Shown: piece after piece, positions 8,373-16,382 of the stretch | How positions within the stretch are numbered: position 1 is the stretch's first letter | How the letters are laid out: each line of letters starts with the position of its first letter | From: Archangium sp. | GTDB taxonomy: Bacteria > Myxococcota > Myxococcia > Myxococcales > Myxococcaceae | DNA length: 45,100 bases | Direction of reading: 5' to 3' | Assembly: GCA_031367385.1 (NCBI GenBank) | Contig: JANLPS010000057.1 | Location: 1-45,100 of the forward strand | Position numbers and translations under genes: made by a program | Notes under the pieces: generated by a model | The model's input: the letters and a program-made list of their open reading frames with translations, nothing else | What the model was told of the DNA's origin: nothing | Database searches by the model: none

Positions 8373-11015
8373 CTACTGCGTCATCATGAAGTTGTTCACG
8401 TCAGCGGCGCCCTTCTCGGGCTCTGCGTCTTGCGGCTCGGTGCCCTTCTTGAACCACAAGTTCACCGATTGCTTCGACCCACCGCTGGCGAGGTTGCCGG
8501 TCTTCTTGTCGACGCGGCGCATGACGAGGTCCAAGTTGGCGGGCGGGTCGAACTCGCCTTGCGCCCGGCCCTCGAGGGCCTTGGTCATGTAGCTGAGCCA
8601 AATCGGCAGCGCGGCACGGCCACCGGTCTCGTATTTGCCGAGGTAGTGGCGCTTCTCCAACGGAGTGCCTGAGTCGGTGATCGGGTGGTCGTACCCGACC
8701 CACGCGGTGGTCACGAGGTCTTTGGTGAACGCGGTGAACCAGGTATCGAACGAGTCATTGGTGGTGCCGGTCTTGCCGGCCGCGGGTTTGCCCAGGCGTT
8801 GAGCGGCGACGCCGGTGCCTTCGAGCACGACTCCGCGCATCAGGTTGGTGACGAGAAACGCGGTCTCGGGAGAAATCACCTGCTCACCGGGCTCTGACAT
8901 GCGCGCATAGCCCGCAGCGACCCGGTCTTGCAGCGAGGCCCACGGGTCGTCGTACCCGGTGTGGTCTTCGACCATGCGCCCGAAGCGGTCTTCGATTTTG
9001 CGAATGAAGTACGTCGGCTTCTTCACGCCCAACCGATTCAGCATCGCGTACAGCTGCACCAGCTCGAGCGGCAGCATGCACGAGCTGCCCAGCGCGGCCG
9101 AGTAGTCGAGGTTGATTGGCGAGTCGACCTTGTGGTCGTCGTCAGTGTCGGCGTGGTCAGCGACGCCCAACTTGCGCACGAACTGAGCGAAGCGCTGCAT
9201 GCCCAGCCGCTCGTTCTTCTCACCCAGCTTGCGCGCCAGCGCGATGTACGTCTTCACCGCCGGCACGTTCATCGAGTTCACCAGCGCGGTGCGCAAGATG
9301 ACGTCGCCCTTGTAGTCGCCATCGTAGTTGTCGGGCTTCCACCGGGTTTGATTGTCGGGGTCGTCGTACACGATGGGCGCGTCGGTGATGACCGTGCCCT
9401 GGGTGTAGCCCATCATTTCGATCGCGCCTGAATAGACGATCGGTTTGAAGCTCGAGCCGGGTTGCCGGCAGGCCTGAAACGCGCGGTTGAACTCGTTGGC
9501 GTCGAAGTCGTACCCGCCGACCATCGCGACCAGGTACTGGCGCTGCGGGTCGATGCTCACCAGGGCGCTCTGCGGCTCGGGCTCTTGCTCGAGTCGAACC
9601 AACGTGGCGCCTTCGGGCACTTCTTTGAGAAGCGCGTCGCTCTGCTGCTCGCGGTCGTCGGTGAGGCCCTTGGCGTCGTTCACCACGCGCACGATCACCA
9701 CGTCTCCGACCTTCAGGGCCGCGGAGACCTTGTTGATCAGCACCGACGGGTAATACCGCTCGGGGTTGAGCGGGCGGGCCCAGCGCATGCCGAGCGCGGG
9801 CAACTTGGCGGTCTTGCCGCCGATGGTGATGTCGGCCACCAGGTCATTGCTCGAGATCTCACTGACCAGCCCCACGTAGTACTTGCCCGGCGTCAGCTTC
9901 TCGTCGCCCAACGCCTTGGCGCTGCGCTTCAAGAACTCTTCGCGCTGCTTGGGGCCGTCGATGTGGGCGATGGCGCCGCGAAAGCCTTGGCGTTTATCGG
10001 CGACGAGCAAGCCCCAGAGCACGGCCTCTTGGGCGGCGCGCTGCTTCTCACTGTCCATCGTGGTGAAGACCTTGAGGCCCTCGCGCAACAGCTGGGGGTT
10101 GCCGTAGCGGTTGACGACGTCGCGGCGCACCTCTTCGGTGAAGTAGGGCGCGAAGCCGTGAAAGACGTCTTCGACGTCGTACACGTTGACCTCGGCCTTG
10201 GTCGCCTCGTCATGCTCGACCTGGGTGATCATGCCCTTCTGCAGCATCTGCCCCAGCACGTAGGTGCGGCGGTTCTTCGCGGCGTTGGGGTTCTTGAAGG
10301 GCGAGTAGCTGCTGGGCGCCTGGGGCAACCCGGCGATCAGCGCCATCTCGGCGAGGGTCAGGTCTTTGACGTCTTTGCGAAAGTAATTCTCGGCCGCCGA
10401 CTGCACGCCGTAGCTGTGGTGCCCGAGGTACACGTTGTTCAAGTAGAGGTAGAGAATCTCTTCTTTGGTCAATTCACGCTCGAGCCGCCGGGCCAACAGC
10501 GCCTCGCGAATCTTTCGCTTCAAGGTCTTCGCGGTCGATTCTTTGTAGCCCTCGTTGCTGATCAGCACCGCCTTCGCCGTCTGCTGCGTCAGCGTCGAGC
10601 CACCCTGCACCTTGCCGCGACCGGCGACCTTTTTGAGAATCGTCTTGGCGGCGGCGCGGGCGGTGCCGAGCACGTCGACCCCGAAGTGGTCGAAGAAGTC
10701 GGCGTCTTCGGCGGCGATGAAGGCCTGCACCAACCGCTTGGGTATGCGCTCGTACGGCACGACCTTGCGGCGCTCTTCAGAGAACTCACCGGCGAGCACC
10801 GCGTCTTGCGTGTACACCTCAGAGAGAATCGGCGGCCGGTACTCATCAACCTTGGGGATGTCGGGCAGCCCATCGGTGTACTTGAGGTTCAAGAACACAA
10901 AGACGCACACCGCCGCGGTGGCGCCGGTCAGCAGCAGCCACCCGCCCAGCTTGAACGGCAGCTTCCACCACCGGCCCGTCGGCACGTCGACCAGCACGAG
11001 CTTCTTAATCGCCAT
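8373..11015 (-). CDS. mrcA: Class A penicillin-binding protein 1A (transglycosylase/transpeptidase)
   Basis: TM anchor; EDADFFDHFG, GGSTLTQQ and RKIRE transglycosylase motifs; SSFK, SMN and KTGT transpeptidase motifs. GGGAG SD before ATG 11015. Confidence 0.95.
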   Translation of the reverse strand: MAIKKLVLVDVPTGRWWKLPFKLGGWLLLTGATAAVCVFVFLNLKYTDGLPDIPKVDEYRPPILSEVYTQDAVLAGEFSEERRKVVPYERIPKRLVQAFIAAEDADFFDHFGVDVLGTARAAAKTILKKVAGRGKVQGGSTLTQQTAKAVLISNEGYKESTAKTLKRKIREALLARRLERELTKEEILYLYLNNVYLGHHSYGVQSAAENYFRKDVKDLTLAEMALIAGLPQAPSSYSPFKNPNAAKNRRTYVLGQMLQKGMITQVEHDEATKAEVNVYDVEDVFHGFAPYFTEEVRRDVVNRYGNPQLLREGLKVFTTMDSEKQRAAQEAVLWGLLVADKRQGFRGAIAHIDGPKQREEFLKRSAKALGDEKLTPGKYYVGLVSEISSNDLVADITIGGKTAKLPALGMRWARPLNPERYYPSVLINKVSAALKVGDVVIVRVVNDAKGLTDDREQQSDALLKEVPEGATLVRLEQEPEPQSALVSIDPQRQYLVAMVGGYDFDANEFNRAFQACRQPGSSFKPIVYSGAIEMMGYTQGTVITDAPIVYDDPDNQTRWKPDNYDGDYKGDVILRTALVNSMNVPAVKTYIALARKLGEKNERLGMQRFAQFVRKLGVADHADTDDDHKVDSPINLDYSAALGSSCMLPLELVQLYAMLNRLGVKKPTYFIRKIEDRFGRMVEDHTGYDDPWASLQDRVAAGYARMSEPGEQVISPETAFLVTNLMRGVVLEGTGVAAQRLGKPAAGKTGTTNDSFDTWFTAFTKDLVTTAWVGYDHPITDSGTPLEKRHYLGKYETGGRAALPIWLSYMTKALEGRAQGEFDPPANLDLVMRRVDKKTGNLASGGSKQSVNLWFKKGTEPQDAEPEKGAADVNNFMMTQ

Positions 11016-12021
11016 CGGCTGCTCCCACTGCGGGCGTGCTGCCTCGCGCCGCGGTTCTGCTGCCGCGCGGCGGTTGAATGCCAACCCGTTTCAAGACGTC
11101 CACCAGCTCCACAGGCAATGGAGATGCCACCACCGTGCGCTTGTTGTCAGCCGGGTGGGGAAATTCGAGGCGGGTGGAGTGTAAAAACAACCGGTCTGCT
11201 CCCCACTTGGCTTTCGCCTCGCGGTTGAAGGCGAAATCGCCGTGCTTGGAGTCGCCCACCACCGGGTGGCCCAAGGCGGCGAAGTGTCGCCGAATTTGGT
11301 GGGTGCGGCCAGTCTCGATGGTGCATTCGAGGTAGGTCACCTGGGGCGTCTTGCTGATGACGGTGTAGCGGGTTCTGGCCTCTTGCATGTTGACGCCGCG
11401 CCGGGCCCGAGACTCGGCCGTCTGCTGGTGCTCAGAGAGGGGAATCTCGATGAGCCCGGTGTCTTTGGGCATCGGCCCTTTGACCAGGACCAAGTATTTC
11501 TTCTTGGCCTTGTGGTTGGTGAACACGTCGGTGAAGTGCACCATCGCGGGCCGCCGCTTGGCGACCACCAGTACCCCGCTGGTCTCGCGGTCGAGGCGGT
11601 GCGCCGGGCTTGCACCGAACTCGTTGCGAATGGCTTTGGGGCCTAGGTACGCGCGCACCACGTCGACCACGGTGCCGCCGGTGATGCCGCTGCCGGTGTG
11701 CGCCGCCATGCCCGAGGGCTTGTCGAGCACCAGAATCCAGTCGTCTTCGAGCAGCACTTTGAGCTGACTCAAGTCGACCTCGGGCGCCGGAGGCGGGGTG
11801 CGGGGCCGGTCTCCGAGCAGCTGCTGCTCGTCACCGCGAATGGTCACCACGTCGTCTTTGGCGAGGTGCTGCTCGGGCTGACAGCGCTTGGCGTTGACTC
11901 GAATCTTCTTGGTTCGAATCATCTTGAACAGGTGGCTGGTGGGCATCGACGCCAACCGCTTGCGAAGGAACTTGTCCACCCGCACGCCTACGTCGTCTTC
12001 GGTGATGCGGTACTCGAGCAT
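11005..12021 (-). CDS. RluA-family (RluC/RluD-type) 23S rRNA pseudouridine synthase with S4 domain
   Basis: RVDKFL S4 start, DKPSG, HRLDRETSG, TGRTHQIRRH, GHPVVGD, LFLH. Confidence 0.93.
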   Translation of the reverse strand: MLEYRITEDDVGVRVDKFLRKRLASMPTSHLFKMIRTKKIRVNAKRCQPEQHLAKDDVVTIRGDEQQLLGDRPRTPPPAPEVDLSQLKVLLEDDWILVLDKPSGMAAHTGSGITGGTVVDVVRAYLGPKAIRNEFGASPAHRLDRETSGVLVVAKRRPAMVHFTDVFTNHKAKKKYLVLVKGPMPKDTGLIEIPLSEHQQTAESRARRGVNMQEARTRYTVISKTPQVTYLECTIETGRTHQIRRHFAALGHPVVGDSKHGDFAFNREAKAKWGADRLFLHSTRLEFPHPADNKRTVVASPLPVELVDVLKRVGIQPPRGSRTAARGSTPAVGAADGD

Positions 12022-12227
12022 TCGCGACTGTGCGTTGAAGCACAAAAGGCGCTGGTTTGCCCCCTTTGCCGCTCTTGACGCCGAGCGACCATCGCGCCCC
12101 GCCCGGTTCCGTTGCGCCCATCAATTTCCTCGCCTGCTCGTGCTGACGTTTGACCGTGCTTGGCCCAAGGGCGATTTCTGTTCATTCAATTGCCCAATGT
12201 GTGTGCGCGGCGTAGGGCACCCTTTCC

Positions 12228-12668
12228 GTGACTTCGATCGACCCTCTGCTCTCGGCTGTTTTTCGCCCGTTGGTGCGAACCGAGACAGGCGAGCGCATTT
12301 CAACCTCGGAGCAGGGAGTCGAGCTCGTGAAACGCTTGCGTCAAAGCCTGTTGAAGGTGATCGCACCGATCGTCGGTGAAGCAGCCTTCGAGGCACTCTT
12401 CTCTCGAAGCCTGAAGAAGACGAAGGTCGCTTTTCTCGCTCCGGCCAAGATCGAGAGCGGAGGCCCCGCTGCTTCAGAGATGACCAAGTTCTGCGAGAGC
12501 CTCAAAACGCAAAGCGCGACCCAAATCGAAGAGATCGTCGTGAGCCTGTTGAGCTCGTTCACGGGGCTGCTCTCGACTTTTATTGGCGAAGCGCTGACGT
12601 GGAAACTCATGCGAAACACCTGGCCTGACGTGCTCCCGAGCGAGAAACCCGTAGGGGAGAAACCATGA
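12228..12668 (+). CDS. Small helical hypothetical protein coupled to the KaiC-like ATPase
   Basis: Stop overlaps the ATPase start (ATGA 12665-12668). Internal repeat PIVGEAAF / TFIGEALT. Confidence 0.7.
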   Translation: MTSIDPLLSAVFRPLVRTETGERISTSEQGVELVKRLRQSLLKVIAPIVGEAAFEALFSRSLKKTKVAFLAPAKIESGGPAASEMTKFCESLKTQSATQIEEIVVSLLSSFTGLLSTFIGEALTWKLMRNTWPDVLPSEKPVGEKP

Positions 12669-14146
12669 AGAAAACACCTGTGTTCATCGAGAGGCTCTCG
12701 ACAGGAATACCCGGCTTGGACGAAGTGCTGGGCGGTGGTCTGCCTGAATTTTCGTTCAACCTGGTGGCGGGCGCCCCCGGCTGCGGCAAGACCACGCTCG
12801 CCCACCAGATCATGTTCGCGAACGCGAACGAGCAACGCTCGGCGCTCTACTTCACGATTCTGGGCGAGCCGCCGCTCAAGATGCTGCGGTATCAGCAACA
12901 GTTCGATTTTTTCGATCAAGACAAAATCGATTCGAGCATTCGCTTCATTCACTTGGGCCAAGATCTCATCGAGGGCGGGTTGAAGCGGGTGCTCGACCGC
13001 ATCATCTTCGAGGTCGATGCCTCGAGCCCGAGCTTGGTGTTCGTCGATTCATTTCGTTCAATCGTTCGTGACGGCCACCCGAGCGGCGTTGGCGACCTCG
13101 ACGTCGCGCACTTCGTGCAACTGCTCGCGATTCACCTGACCAGCTGCGAGGCGACGACCTTCTTGCTGGGTGAGTTTCTCGAGCAAGACGCGAACACCAA
13201 CCCCATCTTCACGGTCGCTGACGGCGTGCTGTGGCTCTACCAGACGCCCATTCGCAACTCCGTCGTGCGCAGGCTGCAGGTTCAAAAGATTCGCGGCCAG
13301 CAAGAGATACCGGGCTTTCACACGGTCAAGCTCTCGAAAACAGGCGCGCGCGTGTTCCCCCGGCTGCCCAGCCCCGAGAACCCGCCCATCGATCAAGGCG
13401 CGACCAAGCTCCCGGTCAAACGCACCGGCATCAAGGGCCTCGACAAGATGCTGGGAGGCGGCATACCGGCCGGGTACTCGGTGATGGTCGCTGGCCCCTC
13501 CGGGTCAGGCAAGACCGTGCTCTCGACCCAGTTCATCGTCGAGGGCGTCAAAGCCGGCGAGCCAGGCGTGATCGCGATCTTCGAGAAGCGCCCTGAGGAG
13601 TACTTGAAGACCAGCCCCCAGGGCAAAACCCTGAACGACCTCACCCGGGCCGAGCAGATCAAGCTGATCTACATTCGACCCCTCGACTTGTCAGTCGACG
13701 AGACGCTCGAGGAGGTTCGAAGCGAAGTGAAGCGGCTGGGCGCGAAGCGGGTCGTGGTCGACTCGCTCTCTGGTTTCGAGTTGGCGCTGGCCCCCGCGTT
13801 TCGCGAAGACTTTCGGGAGTCGCTCTACCGAATGGTCGGAGCGCTCACGTCGATGGGCGTCACGGTGATGATGACGGTGGAGATCACCGACACGTTCGAC
13901 GAGCTCCGGCTCAGCCCTCACGGAATCTCGTTTCTGACAGATGGCATTATCTTGCAGCGGTACACCGAGCTGGGCGGTGCCCTGCAGAAGGTGATGACGG
14001 TCATCAAGCTCAGAGCGAAGAAACACAGTACGAAGTTATTCGCGTTCGAGATTGGCGAAAAAGGCATCACCGTGGGTAAAGCGCTCACCGGGTACCAGGG
14101 GATTTTGTCGGGGGGCGCCAAGCCATCGGGAAAAGGGCGCCGTTAG
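12665..14146 (+). CDS. KaiC/RAD55-like double RecA-domain ATPase
   Basis: Two domains, each with TGIxGLDxxLGGG, Walker A (GAPGCGKT; GPSGSGKT), Walker B (LVFVDS; VVVDS) and KxR fingers (KIRG; KLRA). GGGGAG SD. Confidence 0.92.
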   Translation: MKKTPVFIERLSTGIPGLDEVLGGGLPEFSFNLVAGAPGCGKTTLAHQIMFANANEQRSALYFTILGEPPLKMLRYQQQFDFFDQDKIDSSIRFIHLGQDLIEGGLKRVLDRIIFEVDASSPSLVFVDSFRSIVRDGHPSGVGDLDVAHFVQLLAIHLTSCEATTFLLGEFLEQDANTNPIFTVADGVLWLYQTPIRNSVVRRLQVQKIRGQQEIPGFHTVKLSKTGARVFPRLPSPENPPIDQGATKLPVKRTGIKGLDKMLGGGIPAGYSVMVAGPSGSGKTVLSTQFIVEGVKAGEPGVIAIFEKRPEEYLKTSPQGKTLNDLTRAEQIKLIYIRPLDLSVDETLEEVRSEVKRLGAKRVVVDSLSGFELALAPAFREDFRESLYRMVGALTSMGVTVMMTVEITDTFDELRLSPHGISFLTDGIILQRYTELGGALQKVMTVIKLRAKKHSTKLFAFEIGEKGITVGKALTGYQGILSGGAKPSGKGRR

Positions 14147-14180
14147 CAATTCATTCACCGATGTGTAAGGCGGTACAGCC

Positions 14181-15254
14181 GTGGCAACACTTCGCGTTAC
14201 CGAGGAAGCAACTCACCGCGCCAAATCAGCTGAAGCGCGCGAACGCGACATCGACGAGCGTGAGCGAGCCGTTTTCTCACGTGAAGAAGTCATGCGCGCC
14301 GCGGAGCTTGCCTCAGAGGTACGCGCGGGGGTCGCGCTCAGCCGTGAAGAGGCCGTGCTGTTGGCCGAGGCCCTGGTTCGAGCACGCGAAGGCGTGGCCG
14401 AGCTCGGCGGCAACTTGAAAGAGGCCAATGAACGGCTGGTCTTGATGTCGCTTCGTTCGCAAGACCTGGCTGAAGAAGCCGAAATGGCCCGCCAGAAGCT
14501 CGAGCTGTCTGAACGCGAATTGCGTCAGGGCATCGAGTTTCGGGAGCGGCTGATCGGCATCGTCTCGCACGACCTGCGAAACCCGATCGGTGCGGTGACC
14601 ATGGCGGTCAACATGCTCGGGCGTGAGCAGCTCCTCAACGAGAGAGGCTTGCTGCTCGCGAGCCGCATTGCCCGCAGCAACGAGCGAATGCGCGAAATGG
14701 TCGTGCAGCTCTTAGACTTCACCCGCGCGCAGACGGCCAGCGGCTTGCCGGTATTCGCCCGCCCGGCGAACCTCGAGAAGATCGTTCGACACGTCGTCGA
14801 AGAGCTCGAGATGCGGCATTCGAGCCCCGGGCGCTTCGTCTGTGACTTTCGCGGCAGCTTGGACGGCGTGTGGGACGCAGACCGCCTTGGTCAGGTCGTC
14901 TCGAACCTGTGCGACAATGCGATTCACCACGGGGCGCCCAAGACGCCCATCGTCGTCACAGTCGGCGACGAAGGCGACTACGTCTCGCTGACCGTCTCCA
15001 ACGAGGGAGCGCACATCGCGCCAGACCTGATGCCGTTGATCTTCGACCCCTTTCTTCGGGCGAAAGTGCAGGGGCCTTCGGCGGGTGACGGGTTGGGGCT
15101 CGGCCTGCACATCGCGTCTGAAATCGTGCGGGGCCACGCCGGTTCGATCACCGTTCGTTCTTCGAAGTCAGAGGGCACGATCTTTTCGGTGCGCTTGCCG
15201 CGTCTCGTCGCCGTGATTCAACCCGTGCCGAGCGCCGCGCGCCGGTTGAATTGA
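14181..15254 (+). CDS. Cytoplasmic sensor histidine kinase (coiled coil + HisKA + HATPase_c)
   Basis: H box SHDLRNP, N box NLCDNAIHH, F box IFDPF, G2 box GLGLGLHI. No TM segment and no receiver domain. Confidence 0.92.
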   Translation: MATLRVTEEATHRAKSAEARERDIDERERAVFSREEVMRAAELASEVRAGVALSREEAVLLAEALVRAREGVAELGGNLKEANERLVLMSLRSQDLAEEAEMARQKLELSERELRQGIEFRERLIGIVSHDLRNPIGAVTMAVNMLGREQLLNERGLLLASRIARSNERMREMVVQLLDFTRAQTASGLPVFARPANLEKIVRHVVEELEMRHSSPGRFVCDFRGSLDGVWDADRLGQVVSNLCDNAIHHGAPKTPIVVTVGDEGDYVSLTVSNEGAHIAPDLMPLIFDPFLRAKVQGPSAGDGLGLGLHIASEIVRGHAGSITVRSSKSEGTIFSVRLPRLVAVIQPVPSAARRLN

Positions 15255-15285
15255 CCTGCTCGCACCACTGAGTAGCCTTTGGTTC

Positions 15286-16329
15286 ATGAGCCAAAATCAA
15301 AGGCCGCTGTCGGTCGCGCTCGAGCTCGAACGAGGGTTCGCCGAGGGCCGTGATGCGTTGACGCCATTGATCGACCGGGCCGCCTTGGTGCGCGCAGACC
15401 TCACGGCAGAAGTCTCTCGCGCGGCGCTGACAGGCATCGAAGCGGTGGTGGCGCGCATCGGCGGGTCGCTGCTGGCGACGGTACAAGCGGGTGGGCAGCT
15501 GAAGAGCCTGGGGGTCAAGACCATCGACGGCCGCGAGGGGCTGGTGTTGCGGCTGCGGGTGCCGGGGGGCGGGTTCAACTACCTCGCGCTGGCGATTGCC
15601 GACTCAGGCCTGGTGGTCGACTGGTACCCCTTCGATTTGGGCGAGTGGTTCAGCGAAGGTCAACGGCGGCTGACCCCGCTCGCGCCGGGTGGTGGCAACG
15701 AGCTGACCCCGCTCCAACAGCAAGCGACCCTGGCCTCGCAGGTGCTGCAGTCGATGAACGAGAGCCTGGCGATTGGGCGCTGGTCGACGGTGCTGACCGG
15801 GTACTACTCGCTGCCCCCCGAGTTGCAGACCGACCGGGCCTGCCTGCGCATGCGGGTGGTCGCTGCATCGCACACCGACGCCGCCTCGTACCGCTCGGCG
15901 CTCGAAGCGTTTTTGGCCCGCTTCGCGGGTGAGCCGGGGGCCGACCTGCTGGCCATCGACGGGTATCTGGCGCTCGAAAAACCCGAAGAAAGCCTGGCCG
16001 CGATCGACCGGCTTCAGGCGTTGGTGGGAGACCCGCTGTTGGGTCTGCTGCGCGCGGGGGTGCTCGAGAAGTGGGGGCAACCGACCCAGGCGCGCGAGGC
16101 GTTGCTCGAGGTCATCAAGCAGCTGCCCGAAGACCACGAGACCTGGTGGGCGCTGGTGTCACTGGGGCTGACCAATCGCGACAACGCATCGGTCTCTGCG
16201 TGCCTCACCGCGCTGAGCAAGCTCGGGGTGCGGTTCAGCGATCTGACCCAGGCCAAGGAGTACCGGGGGTTTGTCGAATCGCCTGAAGGCAAGGCCTGGG
16301 TTTCGAAAGCGGCCTCTTCCACCCCCTAG
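15286..16329 (+). CDS. Hypothetical protein with C-terminal TPR-like helical repeats
   Basis: 347-aa ORF with typical codon usage. The N-terminal part contains LRLRxxGGGFNY...VDWYPFDLGEWFSE, and the C-terminus has TPR-like ALAAIDRL/AREALLEVIKQLPED segments. Confidence 0.7.
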   Translation: MSQNQRPLSVALELERGFAEGRDALTPLIDRAALVRADLTAEVSRAALTGIEAVVARIGGSLLATVQAGGQLKSLGVKTIDGREGLVLRLRVPGGGFNYLALAIADSGLVVDWYPFDLGEWFSEGQRRLTPLAPGGGNELTPLQQQATLASQVLQSMNESLAIGRWSTVLTGYYSLPPELQTDRACLRMRVVAASHTDAASYRSALEAFLARFAGEPGADLLAIDGYLALEKPEESLAAIDRLQALVGDPLLGLLRAGVLEKWGQPTQAREALLEVIKQLPEDHETWWALVSLGLTNRDNASVSACLTALSKLGVRFSDLTQAKEYRGFVESPEGKAWVSKAASSTP

Positions 16330-16382
16330 CTAGGTTGGGTGTGTCAAACGATCGGGTTCGCCGCATTTCACCGAGGGAAATC

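Noticed and set aside
9462..11228. Long antisense ORFs (also 233-946, 17202-18371, 28722-30380, 38871-40136, 42368-43672)
   Set aside because: These are shadow ORFs opposite well-supported genes, as expected in high-GC DNA, and they carry no recognisable motifs.
12665..14146. Bona fide circadian kaiC
   Set aside because: No kaiA or kaiB is nearby, the EE catalytic pairs are altered, and SF replaces the ST phosphosites. I call it KaiC-like only and give no gene symbol.
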